Shown here: positions 28,363 to 37,444 of the stretch, piece by piece
Position numbering within the stretch: the first letter of the stretch is position 1
Layout of the letters: each line of letters starts with the position of its first letter
The notes under the pieces: generated by a model
The model's input: the letters and a program-made list of their open reading frames with translations, nothing else
What the model was told of the DNA's origin: nothing
Databases searched by the model: none
DNA from: Promethearchaeota archaeon
Lineage (GTDB): Archaea; Asgardarchaeota; Thorarchaeia; Thorarchaeales; Thorarchaeaceae
NCBI GenBank assembly: GCA_048939765.1
Contig: JBHLPF010000007.1
Span: 17,241-81,240, forward strand
Length of the DNA stretch: 64,000 nt
Reading direction: 5' to 3'
Program-made: the position numbers and the translations under genes

Positions 28363-28791
28363 ATGTCAGATGTCGCAGCAATGCGTGCCTTTAACCGCGA
28401 GCTGGCCTCGGTTATCGGTGCGACAGTAGAAGTTGTCATCAATACTGGTGACACATATATCGGTACTCTGAGAGGCATTGATCAGAATACTCTGAGTATA
28501 GTTCTTTCAGATGTTGAGTCAAAGAAGGGTCCAATTCCCAGAATATTCCTCTATGGCACCAGCATTGTTTCATTCTCAGTTGCAGAGAGAGAGGTCAGTC
28601 TTGAGGGCCTTGTGAAGGAGCTTGAGAAAGCATTCCCACCCGGTGGTGTGCAGTACTTCGCTGAGCAACCATTGATCCTCGTCATGAACAAGATCAGGAT
28701 TACCCCTGAAGGCGTCGATGGAACGGGTCCACTCTATGAGCGTGTGGCACAGATTGCTGATGAATGGTTCAAGGAACATGGACTAGACTAG
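28363..28791 (+). CDS. LSm (Sm-fold) protein with an extra C-terminal domain
   Basis: 142-aa ORF. The N-terminal Sm-like segment is VEVVINTGDTYIGTLRGIDQNTLSIVLSDV...RIFLYGTSIVSFS. The C-terminal roughly 60 aa read VSLEGLVKELEKAF...LILVMNKIRITPEG...YERVAQIADEWF. Confidence 0.65.
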   Translation: MSDVAAMRAFNRELASVIGATVEVVINTGDTYIGTLRGIDQNTLSIVLSDVESKKGPIPRIFLYGTSIVSFSVAEREVSLEGLVKELEKAFPPGGVQYFAEQPLILVMNKIRITPEGVDGTGPLYERVAQIADEWFKEHGLD

Positions 28792-28888
28792 TTTACAATA
28801 TGTGAATACATGACATGCTGAAGAGCTTATCAGTCCATACTAGTCCAAACTAGGTTCTCTGCTGCGACTCTGGACTATTCACATTCCT

Positions 28889-30157
28889 TCATAGGATTCT
28901 TCGTAGACCAAGTTCTTTCAGGTCCTTTTGAGTTTCCTCAGGCGGCTTGCGCTGCATCAGTTTCCTTTCAAGAGGCTTTAGTCGATCCTCCCATGAAGGG
29001 CGTCCTGTGATGGGTGGCACCTTTCCGAAGTCTCGTGCTTTCTGGGAAGCTGATTTTGTAGCAGTGGCGCTCACATGCGATGCCAGTATACCGAGTTCTG
29101 AAAGACGCGCTTTTCCAAGCAACTTTGATGCAGTGGATTCCTCCTTTGACCGTGGTAGTAACTGTGGGCTTTTTACGCCAGTAAGAATCAACATGACTCG
29201 TAGTACTCCACTCAGGCGGGGGTCGACTCGTGCCCCCCAGATTACATTCGCATCCGTGCTCATCTTCTCTGATACTAGCTCTCCAACCTTGTTTGCCTCA
29301 GCCAGGGACATATCTGGACCGCCAGTAATATGTATCAGAGCCCCAGTCGCTCCAGTCCACTCTACTTCGAGAAGGGGACTATTCAGAGAGTTTCGTATCG
29401 CCTCATTCGCTCTGTCTGACCCAGTGGCTTCTCCAAGGCCAACAAGTGCTACGCCACCGTTACAGATTATTGAACGGACGTCTGCATAGTCGAGATTGAT
29501 TAGACTGGGCATTGTGATGGTCTCGGTGATTCCTTTCACCATATTTGCAAGGACCTCGTCAGCGACTCCAAATGCTTCCTCAAGCGGCAGGTCAGGCACT
29601 AGCTCCATGAGTTTCTGATTGTCAATCACCACCGCTGTGTCAACATTCTCTTGGAGACGCGCAAGACCAGCTGTTGCTTTATCAATGCGGGTCCGTTCCA
29701 AGCTGAATGGCATTGTGATGACCCCGACAACAATGGCATCATTCTTCTTGGCAATCTCAGCAATTACAGGTGCACTTCCGGTTCCTGTGCCACCACCCAT
29801 CCCTGCAGCAATGAACACAAGGTCCGCATCACGTAGAAGCTCAGTAAGCTGATGTGTAGATTCCTCGGCAGCAGCCTGACCCACGTGGGGATATCCTCCG
29901 GCACCAAGACCACGTGTGATTCGCTCACCTATCAAGAGCTTTCGATGAGCTGTGGTCACAGCAAGGTGCTGGCGGTCTGTGTTGATGGCAACGCACTCGG
30001 CGCCTTGGACTCCGATCGTCATCAGCCGCTTCACTGTATTATTTCCTGCACCACCACAACCAACCACTACAATCCGTGCCTGACCCATGTCACGTTGAGG
30101 AAAACCGCTCCTTTCAACGCGACTGTGTTCTCTAGCTGAATCGATCAGTGATTTCAT
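28889..30157 (-). CDS. ftsZ: Cell division GTPase FtsZ (with a long C-terminal tail)
   Basis: 422-aa ORF with [34 protein letters not shown] and NLDYADV. Confidence 0.95.
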   Translation of the reverse strand: MKSLIDSAREHSRVERSGFPQRDMGQARIVVVGCGGAGNNTVKRLMTIGVQGAECVAINTDRQHLAVTTAHRKLLIGERITRGLGAGGYPHVGQAAAEESTHQLTELLRDADLVFIAAGMGGGTGTGSAPVIAEIAKKNDAIVVGVITMPFSLERTRIDKATAGLARLQENVDTAVVIDNQKLMELVPDLPLEEAFGVADEVLANMVKGITETITMPSLINLDYADVRSIICNGGVALVGLGEATGSDRANEAIRNSLNSPLLEVEWTGATGALIHITGGPDMSLAEANKVGELVSEKMSTDANVIWGARVDPRLSGVLRVMLILTGVKSPQLLPRSKEESTASKLLGKARLSELGILASHVSATATKSASQKARDFGKVPPITGRPSWEDRLKPLERKLMQRKPPEETQKDLKELGLRRIL

Positions 30158-30339
30158 TGCCCTACGACCTCGCCAGCGCTAACACTACTCTTCATGCTGC
30201 GCTCCCAAAGCTCACGCTTGAGTAGATCCCTAATTGCGATTCTTATGGCTTCAGAGCGATTGGGATAGAGCCCACGATTCACCAATCGTTGAATGTCTTC
30301 GATTATCCTCTCGGGGAGGTGCACAGCGATGAGACGCAT
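30154..30339 (-). CDS. cdrS: Ribbon-helix-helix (CopG-family) small protein, CdrS-like
   Basis: 61-aa ORF MRLIAVHLPERIIEDIQRLVNRGLYPNRSEAIRIAIRDLL. Its stop overlaps the ftsZ start in an ATGA (30154-30157). Confidence 0.65.
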   Translation of the reverse strand: MRLIAVHLPERIIEDIQRLVNRGLYPNRSEAIRIAIRDLLKRELWERSMKSSVSAGEVVGQ

Positions 30340-30466
30340 TACTAGACCTCTATAAAGAGAGTCTAATCTCGAGATATGAATGTGGATATTACTCTGGTGT
30401 TAGATTCCCGGAGCGTTGGAGGACTAAAAAGAAAGGTTGGAGAAGAGGTCTAGCCTCCTCTCAGTT

Positions 30467-31186
30467 CTACTTCTTGCGGCCTGTACGTCTGGCTGCAATG
30501 TTTCCCACCTTGCGGCCAGGAGGAGCATGTCTGCTCACGGTCGTGGGCCTACCAGGGGACTGATGCGAACCACCACCGTGTGGGTGGCTAGCTGCATTCA
30601 TGGCAGCACCACGCGTCACCGGCCACTTACGAGCTTTGCCTCGAACATGATGCCAGACAGCACCAGCCTTGAGGAACGGTCTCTCTGTCCTTCCCCCGCC
30701 GGCCACTATTCCAATGGTTGCTCTGCATCTTGGACTAAACGCCTTCTGCTTGCCGCTCGGCAGGCGTACCATAGCCTTAGACTTGTCAATCGATACGATT
30801 GTTGCAGTCAGTCCAGAGGAACGGACATATTTGCCACCGTCTCCAGGATTGCCCTCGATATTGTAGACGGGTGTGCCTTCTGGAATGTGTTGAAGCATCA
30901 TAGTGTTGCCGTTTTGCAATGCTGCATCCTCGCCACACTCAACAATCTGACCTACCTGAACACCCTCAGGAGCTATCATATAGTGAACCCTAGATTCTCC
31001 CTCATACTTGACTTGTGCCAAAGGAGCACCCCGACCAGCCTCATGTTGTAGGTCTATGACTTTACCGACGTAGGTCTTCTCTGGCGCCCACTTGGGGTGC
31101 CTAGCTGGTGCAATCTTCTTATGACTTGGACTCCTCCACTGAGTTGTGCCTCTTCCCTTTCGTTGCACGAGTACCCGTTTACCCAT
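30467..31186 (-). CDS. rpl2: Ribosomal protein uL2
   Basis: 239-aa ORF with GRGAPLAQVKYE and HPHGGGSHQSPGRPTTVSR. Confidence 0.95.
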   Translation of the reverse strand: MGKRVLVQRKGRGTTQWRSPSHKKIAPARHPKWAPEKTYVGKVIDLQHEAGRGAPLAQVKYEGESRVHYMIAPEGVQVGQIVECGEDAALQNGNTMMLQHIPEGTPVYNIEGNPGDGGKYVRSSGLTATIVSIDKSKAMVRLPSGKQKAFSPRCRATIGIVAGGGRTERPFLKAGAVWHHVRGKARKWPVTRGAAMNAASHPHGGGSHQSPGRPTTVSRHAPPGRKVGNIAARRTGRKK

Positions 31187-31198
31187 ATCATAACCTCC

Positions 31199-31459
31199 TT
31201 AGAATATCCCGAGGTTAGTTGCAACCTCTGCGGCACTGTATTCAGGTGCCAGACGCACGAATGCCTTCTTCTTTCCATCAGGCAGTATCAACGTGTTGAC
31301 GCTATCCACTACCACATCGTAGAGGGATTCCACAGCCCATCGAATGGTAGTCTTGTTGGCTCTCCGGTCAACATAGAAGGTGAGCTTGTTATGACTGTCA
31401 ACAGCCTCTAGGCTTGCTTCTGTGACCACTGGTCGAATAATGACTTGATTCGGATCCAT
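31199..31459 (-). CDS. rpl23: Ribosomal protein uL23
   Basis: 86-aa ORF lying between uL4 and uL2. KLTFYVDRRANKTTIRWAVESLYDVVVDSVNTL is typical. Confidence 0.9.
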   Translation of the reverse strand: MDPNQVIIRPVVTEASLEAVDSHNKLTFYVDRRANKTTIRWAVESLYDVVVDSVNTLILPDGKKKAFVRLAPEYSAAEVATNLGIF

Positions 31460-31470
31460 CTCATCTCACC

Positions 31471-32259
31471 TCACAGAAACAGCGACTCCTTCTCAAGCCG
31501 CTCTATGGCGGATGTTGTCCATAGCACAAGCCGGCCTGGATGTGTCCCTGGTGCCAACAGGTCTGCGTTCAGTCCATGAACTTCAGCGATGTCTACACCT
31601 GGGAGATTCCGGGCAGCCTTGACGATTCCTTTGTCCTGTCCTACTACAATCAAGAAGGACTTCGGGGTCTTCATCTTTCTGCCGCGCATCTTCCCCTTGC
31701 CAGCCCTGACACCACGACCATTGATGGCCCGCATCAGATCGTCTTCAAGCCCTAGTGCTGTGACTACATCACGGACCTCCTTGGTAGTCTGCAATGCTTC
31801 GAGCTTCTCACTGACTATTAGGGGCACTGAGGGCACTGAGCCAGTCTTGTGGCCTCTCTGTTCCACAATCTTCTTGCTGGCTGTGGCTGCAATAGCAGAA
31901 CGAATGGCAAGACGGTTCTCCTTCTTATTGATCCTCTCGATGATGATTTTCCGGGCCTCGGGTGGATGGGCAACTCTGCCTCCAACGGTCCCAGGAGCGA
32001 AACCTGCCTTATTTGCAGCTGCAGTTCCACTGCCTTTTATACGAGGCATCCTTGATCTTCCGTGACCTGTCTGCCAGCTCTCCGCTGTATTTCGTTTTCC
32101 AGCAAACTCATCCACACCATGAGGTTGACGCCTCTTTGACTGGACCGCAAGCACAGCTCGCTTGATGATGTCGGGGCGATAGGCAGTTTCGAACTGAACA
32201 GGTAGCTTGATCGAAGGACCAGCCTTTCCTTTCAACGAATATGTCTTTACGCTAGCCAT
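31471..32259 (-). CDS. rpl4: Ribosomal protein uL4
   Basis: 262-aa ORF with the basic loop GKRNTAESWQTGHGRSRMPRIKG and the conserved operon position. Confidence 0.9.
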   Translation of the reverse strand: MASVKTYSLKGKAGPSIKLPVQFETAYRPDIIKRAVLAVQSKRRQPHGVDEFAGKRNTAESWQTGHGRSRMPRIKGSGTAAANKAGFAPGTVGGRVAHPPEARKIIIERINKKENRLAIRSAIAATASKKIVEQRGHKTGSVPSVPLIVSEKLEALQTTKEVRDVVTALGLEDDLMRAINGRGVRAGKGKMRGRKMKTPKSFLIVVGQDKGIVKAARNLPGVDIAEVHGLNADLLAPGTHPGRLVLWTTSAIERLEKESLFL

Positions 32260-32276
32260 TTCCTTTCAACCTCCAA

Positions 32277-33284
32277 TCATTGCTTGGATGTAGTACTGAT
32301 GTAGTTCACCTGAGTCACTTGACCAAGATGCGACCTCTTGGGCCGAATTGCTATTCTGAGTCGGACTGGTCTCTTGACAGGACCTGGAACTGAGCCCCAG
32401 AGGATGACGTAGTCACCTCGTATCACGCCATAGTTTACAAAACCGCCTGAAGGGGTGATTTCCTCACCACGCTCGCCCATCTTCAGTACTTCATTGTTGA
32501 AACTGGTACGTGTATGAAATCCAGTCTGTCCAGGACGTGGAACACTGTAACGAATATTCGTAGGAGACCATGGACCTATACAACCAACACCACGCTTGGT
32601 CTTACGCGATTTGTGCTGAAGAATCCTGATTCCCCAACGACGCACTGGACCTTGGAACCCATGTCCCTTTGTAACAGCGATTGTGTCAACCAGAGTACCT
32701 TCTCGAAGGATGTCAGCGACACGTACATCATTGCCCAACACGCCCTTTGCATACTCAAATGCTTCCTGAACGGTGGAAGCCCCCACCTTGTATTCTGAGA
32801 TATCGGGTTTCTTCTTTGATACTCCAGCAAGCCGTGGTTGGGTATGAACTAGTACGCGAATCTCATCAAATGTATCAAGCTGTGATTCGAACTCCTTCAT
32901 CTTTGCCTTATGTTTGTACTTCTTTGGCAAGGGCATTGCTTTTCGCAGATTCTCAGAGAGATTCTCTGCCAAGACTTCCGCAATAAGTTTCCGACCATAC
33001 GCTGTAGCTTTGTATCCACGGATAGAGAAAGGCCTGATTGGAGGAGTGTCGACAATCGTGATAGGGATGACTCTCTCCTGCCCCTTAAACGGACTGTTCG
33101 GATTTTGGACTGTCATCACTGCATGAGACATTCCGGCTTTGAATCCAACGAAACCAAGCAGCCTTGCATCGGAACCATCATGCTCTGGCCAGTTCTTAAT
33201 TCTGGGCAAGAATTTTGATGCCCTTCCTCGAGGAAGATAAGCGAGACTTCCTCTTCTAGGCGCATGTTTCTTTCTATGTGCCAT
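32277..33284 (-). CDS. rpl3: Ribosomal protein uL3
   Basis: 335-aa ORF with MAHRKKHAPRRGSLAYLPRGRA and TKGHGFQGPVRRWG. Confidence 0.95.
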   Translation of the reverse strand: MAHRKKHAPRRGSLAYLPRGRASKFLPRIKNWPEHDGSDARLLGFVGFKAGMSHAVMTVQNPNSPFKGQERVIPITIVDTPPIRPFSIRGYKATAYGRKLIAEVLAENLSENLRKAMPLPKKYKHKAKMKEFESQLDTFDEIRVLVHTQPRLAGVSKKKPDISEYKVGASTVQEAFEYAKGVLGNDVRVADILREGTLVDTIAVTKGHGFQGPVRRWGIRILQHKSRKTKRGVGCIGPWSPTNIRYSVPRPGQTGFHTRTSFNNEVLKMGERGEEITPSGGFVNYGVIRGDYVILWGSVPGPVKRPVRLRIAIRPKRSHLGQVTQVNYISTTSKQ

Positions 33285-33428
33285 TATGTGTTCACCTGTA
33301 GTTTTGCAGCCCAGTCATCTCAATTGCGAATTGTTCAGTAGTAGTATGGTCTAACAACTGAGCTATTCGTACTACCGGCCGCGCCATCTGGTGGTCCGCT
33401 TTTTAAGTTTCCCCTCTGACTCAAATCC

Positions 33429-35795
33429 TCAAAACCGCGTCTGCTCAGTCCTGGATATAATCTCGTCTTGGAGGGGCTTGCCAAGATTGACGAAATAGTC
33501 ACTATAGCCTGCGACTCTCACGATGAGGTCACGATATTTCTCTGGATTCTGCTGAGCCTCAAGTAGTGTGTCCCTCTTGATCACATTGAACTGTATATGG
33601 TGACCTCCTAGCTTGAAGTAAGCCCTAACTAGATGGGCCAGATTAGACCTGCCTTCTTCATCAGCTACGATGTCAGGCATAAGCTTCTGATTCAGGAGAG
33701 TTCCGCCTGTTCGTGAATGATCAATCTTTGCGACTGATTTGATCACCGCTGTTGGTCCGTTGGTATCAGCACCGTGAGAGGGTGAAACACCATCAGAGAG
33801 TGGCCGGCCAGATTTGCGCCCATTGGGAGTGGCTCCAGTGACCTGCCCGAAGTAGATATGAACAGTCGTCGGGAGAAGGTTTACACGATATTCTCCGCCT
33901 CTAGTGTTAGGCCGACCATCTAGCATATCGAAATACCCATTGAAGATTGACTGCGCAATGCTGTCAGCATAGTCATCATCGTTGCCATATGCAGGGCTTT
34001 TGTTAACAAGCATCTGACGGATGGTTTCATGGCCCTCGAAGTTGTCGTTCATTGCCTTAAGCAGGTCTGTCATTGGTAGCGCTTTCTTGTCATAGACATG
34101 ATATTTCATGGCTGAGAGAGAGTCGGTCAATGTGCCCATCCCCACTCCTTGAATGTAGGTGGAGTTGTATCTTGAGCCTCCATCGTGATAGTCCCTGGCC
34201 TGTGCTATGCAGTCGTCCATCAGAAGTGACATGAATGGGGATGGCATATATTGCGCATACAGTCGTTCGATGATGTTGTTGCCTTTGATCTTTAGGTCTA
34301 CAAAGTACCTCAACTGCTTCTTGAATGCTTCAAACATCTCATCATAAGAACCAAAAGCCTCAGGATTTCCGGTCTCGAGTCCCACCAATGTTCCGGATGC
34401 GGGGTCGATTCCATTATTCAGTGTGATCTCTAAAATCTTTGGCCAATTCAAGTATCCTGTGAGGATGACGCTCTCTTTTCCGAATGCGCCTATCGTGACG
34501 CATCCACTAGGCCCACCCATTCGTGCGTCTTCAACAGATTTGCCCATCCGCAGGAATTCTTTGATTATGACGTCGGTGTTGAACATGGAAGGCTGACCAA
34601 GTCCTGTGCTCACCACATCAACAGCTCTCAGTAGAAATTCCTCAGGATTCTCCTTACTGATTTGGATGCACACGCTTGGCATGATAAGCTGCATCTCTTC
34701 ACAGACCTCAAGCAAGAGATATGAAAGGTCATTCACAGCGTCGTTGCCATCTATCGTAAGACCGCCTGTGTTGATGAGAGTGAAGTCTTGGTAGGTGCCA
34801 CTCTGTTCCTCTGTGATTTCCACTTTAGGTGGTGCAGGCTGATTGTGAAATTTAACCCAGAAACACTGCAGTAGTTCTTTCGCAAAATCCCTGGTCATAA
34901 GTCCATTATCAAGATCGTTCTTGTAGAAAGGAAATAGGTTGATGTCAAGCCGCCCGGGATTGAATGAATCCCACACATTCAGCTCGATGATTACGCCAAG
35001 ATGCACAAACCAGTATGCCTGTAACGCCTCCCAGAAGTTTCGAGGCGCATTCGCAGGAACATGGCTACATACTTCTGCTATCTTCTCGAGCTCTTTCTTT
35101 CTCTCAGGAATGCTCTCTGATTCTGCTAGCTCCTTGGCTTTGTCAGCATGACGTTGTGCGAACTCGATTATGGCTTCTGCGACGATACGAATTGCCGTGA
35201 GCTCTTGTTCCTTGGCATAGGCTTCTTTGTCATTGTAGAAGTCAATCTTGTCCAATTGCTCATCGATGTCCTGAATGAAGTCATTGACCCCCCTTTGGTA
35301 TATCTTGTCATCGAGGATTGCATGACCAGGGGCGCGTTGTTCCATGAACTCTGTGTAGACGCCCGCTTCGAATGCCTTCATCCACTCCTCGGACATTGCT
35401 GCAAACACGCGTTCGCGCATAGTACGCCCGCGCCAGAATGGGATAACGTCCTCGCGGTAGACCTCCTTTGCGTCATCACTGACTATGAAGCGAGATCTGA
35501 CACGGTTATTGCAGATCTCCAAGTCGGATATAGTATGACAACAGAGCTCTGGATACGTTGGAGTCGCTCTTGGACTTGGACCGCGCTCTCCAACAATGAG
35601 CTCGTCTTCGCCTATGTAGATTTCTTTGTTGAGAAGGATATATCGAAAGGCCTTGGCCCGTGCCATAGGATAAGAGAGGTTGTCAGTGCCACCACTCTGA
35701 TAGAAATCAGTGACTAACTCGGCCCTTTCTGTAGAGATATATGGGCTTGTCCTGATACTCTGTTCTCTCAGGCGCCCAACTCTCTCTGTGGTCAT
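33429..35795 (-). CDS. Glycyl-radical enzyme (PFL2 / dehydratase-type family)
   Basis: 788-aa ORF. The C-terminal glycyl radical motif is VRVAGYSDYF. There is a single active-site Cys in the context GGPSGCVTIG. Confidence 0.9.
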   Translation of the reverse strand: MTTERVGRLREQSIRTSPYISTERAELVTDFYQSGGTDNLSYPMARAKAFRYILLNKEIYIGEDELIVGERGPSPRATPTYPELCCHTISDLEICNNRVRSRFIVSDDAKEVYREDVIPFWRGRTMRERVFAAMSEEWMKAFEAGVYTEFMEQRAPGHAILDDKIYQRGVNDFIQDIDEQLDKIDFYNDKEAYAKEQELTAIRIVAEAIIEFAQRHADKAKELAESESIPERKKELEKIAEVCSHVPANAPRNFWEALQAYWFVHLGVIIELNVWDSFNPGRLDINLFPFYKNDLDNGLMTRDFAKELLQCFWVKFHNQPAPPKVEITEEQSGTYQDFTLINTGGLTIDGNDAVNDLSYLLLEVCEEMQLIMPSVCIQISKENPEEFLLRAVDVVSTGLGQPSMFNTDVIIKEFLRMGKSVEDARMGGPSGCVTIGAFGKESVILTGYLNWPKILEITLNNGIDPASGTLVGLETGNPEAFGSYDEMFEAFKKQLRYFVDLKIKGNNIIERLYAQYMPSPFMSLLMDDCIAQARDYHDGGSRYNSTYIQGVGMGTLTDSLSAMKYHVYDKKALPMTDLLKAMNDNFEGHETIRQMLVNKSPAYGNDDDYADSIAQSIFNGYFDMLDGRPNTRGGEYRVNLLPTTVHIYFGQVTGATPNGRKSGRPLSDGVSPSHGADTNGPTAVIKSVAKIDHSRTGGTLLNQKLMPDIVADEEGRSNLAHLVRAYFKLGGHHIQFNVIKRDTLLEAQQNPEKYRDLIVRVAGYSDYFVNLGKPLQDEIISRTEQTRF

Positions 35796-35871
35796 GCATT
35801 ATCACCTCTTCGATCTATTGGACTGGCTTGTTCCAATAATCTTGTTTCTATAAAAACCACGGGTATGGACA

Positions 35872-36729
35872 CTAGTCATGAAAACCAGGAAGGGCTACAA
35901 TAGTTCCCACTGATTTGTTAATCAGTGCAAGACTCGCTATGATTGCCTCCTCCAAACGCACCGTTTCAGTACCTTGTCCCAAGATAGTGTTCACCCAGAA
36001 GTCGGAGTTCTTTTTGATTGCATCCTTTTCATTCGAAAGGAGTTCGGCGACACCGTGCATCGGACCGCCAAAGACTGCAAGGATTGATCTAGTGTTTGCC
36101 ACGGTGGATGCAATCTCGTTCTCAAGTCGATCGTAAGACGGTGCGTTTCTCGAGAAGATGATTCGAGTCATATGAGCCGAGTTGCTCAGTCTATCTGTAA
36201 GACTAGTGATTCTCTCTACCTCGAACCCCCAGTATCTCTCAATTTCAGACCGATTGATGGGCTCAATGCGTATTCTGGGCGTGGTTTCGATGATGCGAAG
36301 GAGTGTGGGCGACCTTTCACTCAGTGCTTCAGAGTGGTCAATAAGCTCACCAATACCTATGTCCACTTTGCCGAAACGAACTTGGACTCCCCACCTAGTC
36401 ATTCCTATTGACAATTCTGAGGGTTCTGAGTCTAGCGGGTGACTGCGAGTTCTCAGCGGAGGCAGAAGACCTGCGAACTTCAAGGAAGGTGTCTTGGGGA
36501 AAATACGTCTACGAAGATATTGAGGAGTATCCATGAACTCGAGTAGCCTCACCAATAGGTCGGAGTCTCTCTTTGCCTTTGAACGCAGGTTTCCGGTTTC
36601 ATATACAATCACGCGTTCCACACGAAAGACCGCCATCGCTCTGGCAAGGATGCCAGATTTCACCGTCTTCTGACGCAAGTCAGAACAGTCTACCAGCGAT
36701 GTGTCAGGAATTGCGACTTGAAGACCCAA
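35872..36729 (-). CDS. SPOUT-superfamily putative RNA methyltransferase (DUF171 / C9orf114-like)
   Basis: 285-aa ORF. The N-terminus LQVAIPDTSLVDCSDLRQKTVKSGILARAMAVFRVERVIVY is typical of the archaeal COG2106 family (from memory). Confidence 0.65.
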   Translation of the reverse strand: MGLQVAIPDTSLVDCSDLRQKTVKSGILARAMAVFRVERVIVYETGNLRSKAKRDSDLLVRLLEFMDTPQYLRRRIFPKTPSLKFAGLLPPLRTRSHPLDSEPSELSIGMTRWGVQVRFGKVDIGIGELIDHSEALSERSPTLLRIIETTPRIRIEPINRSEIERYWGFEVERITSLTDRLSNSAHMTRIIFSRNAPSYDRLENEIASTVANTRSILAVFGGPMHGVAELLSNEKDAIKKNSDFWVNTILGQGTETVRLEEAIIASLALINKSVGTIVALPGFHD

Positions 36730-36741
36730 TACTGCATCCCT

Positions 36742-37179
36742 CTAGAGGTCCAATGTGAATCTGAGCGTGGTACGATCCGCTCCCTGTTCAATACTCATAT
36801 CTGCATATGTCATGGCCTTCACTTCTGTCCGTGTATCTTGACGCTCAAGATCGATATCCTCACCCCATATTCGACCATTTAGAGCAAAGCCCTCAGTATC
36901 TCTGGAAATCTTTTGAACCTGGAACTTGGAATAGAACTGAGAGTTGATGTCGATGAGTGCTATGAGATGACCAATCCATTCCACCAGAAGCTCCTCAATA
37001 TCAATCCCGTGCACCGTTACATCAATGGATTCGACAGGCTGAACTGTCGATGTATCCAATATCACCTCTAATGCTCCAAGTGCCGCCTCCTCAAATGCCT
37101 CTTCCAGAGTTGGAGCCCAGCACTCTACTGTGATGTCAGCTGTGTGATCATGATACTTGAAACCGCGCTCGCCTGTCAT
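36742..37179 (-). CDS. Archease (RtcB ligase cofactor)
   Basis: 145-aa ORF starting FKYHDHTADITVECWAPTLEEAFEEAALG, with C-terminus EVKAMTYADM. Confidence 0.85.
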   Translation of the reverse strand: MTGERGFKYHDHTADITVECWAPTLEEAFEEAALGALEVILDTSTVQPVESIDVTVHGIDIEELLVEWIGHLIALIDINSQFYSKFQVQKISRDTEGFALNGRIWGEDIDLERQDTRTEVKAMTYADMSIEQGADRTTLRFTLDL

Positions 37180-37208
37180 TCTTCTCCAGCGCTCACCTCT
37201 ACAAGAAG

Positions 37209-37216
37209 CTTAAAAG
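37209..37216 (+). promoter_or_regulatory. TATA-like box for tRNA-Ser
   Basis: CTTAAAAG is centred about 30 nt upstream of the tRNA 5' end (37242). Confidence 0.35.
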
Positions 37217-37241
37217 GCGTTTCCAACGGTTGCAATGCTGA

Positions 37242-37357
37242 GCCGAGGTAGCCAAGCCCGGATTACGGCGCTGGTCTTGAAAACCAGTTTCTTCGGAAGC
37301 ATGAGTTCAAGCAATTCCACAAAATGTGGATTGGAACAAATCTCATCCTCGGCGCCA
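37242..37357 (+). tRNA. tRNA-Ser (anticodon UGA) with a 29-nt non-canonical intron in the T-loop, CCA encoded
   Basis: Acceptor GCCGAGG/CCTCGGC, 3-bp D stem, anticodon stem CTGGT/ACCAG, loop CTTGAAA. The long variable arm has a TTCG loop. The T stem ATGAG/CTCAT encloses TTCA[AGCAATTCCACAAAATGTGGATTGGAACA]AAT. The intron spans about 37310-37338, and the junction is ambiguous because CAA is repeated at both ends. Confidence 0.8.
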
Positions 37358-37360
37358 TTT
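37337..37360 (+). repeat. Direct repeat copy 1 (tRNA-Ser 3' end, CAAATCTCATCCTCGGCGCCATTT)
   Basis: 24-nt segment covering T-loop, T-stem, acceptor, CCA and 3 further nt. It recurs at 38098-38121 and, in degenerate form, at 39223-39240. Confidence 0.8.
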
Positions 37361-37444
37361 CTTCTATGTCTGTTTAGGTTAATCTCTATGAGGGCTTATT
37401 TCAAAATTCACAAAGTCTTTCCTTTATTTTAGATTGATATATGC

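Noticed and set aside
33331-33400. A tRNA-like sequence (AATAGCTCAGTTGTTAGACC on the minus strand, resembling a D-arm) in the rpl3 leader.
   Set aside because: No acceptor, anticodon or T arms can be folded around it. I treat it as part of a leader hairpin only.
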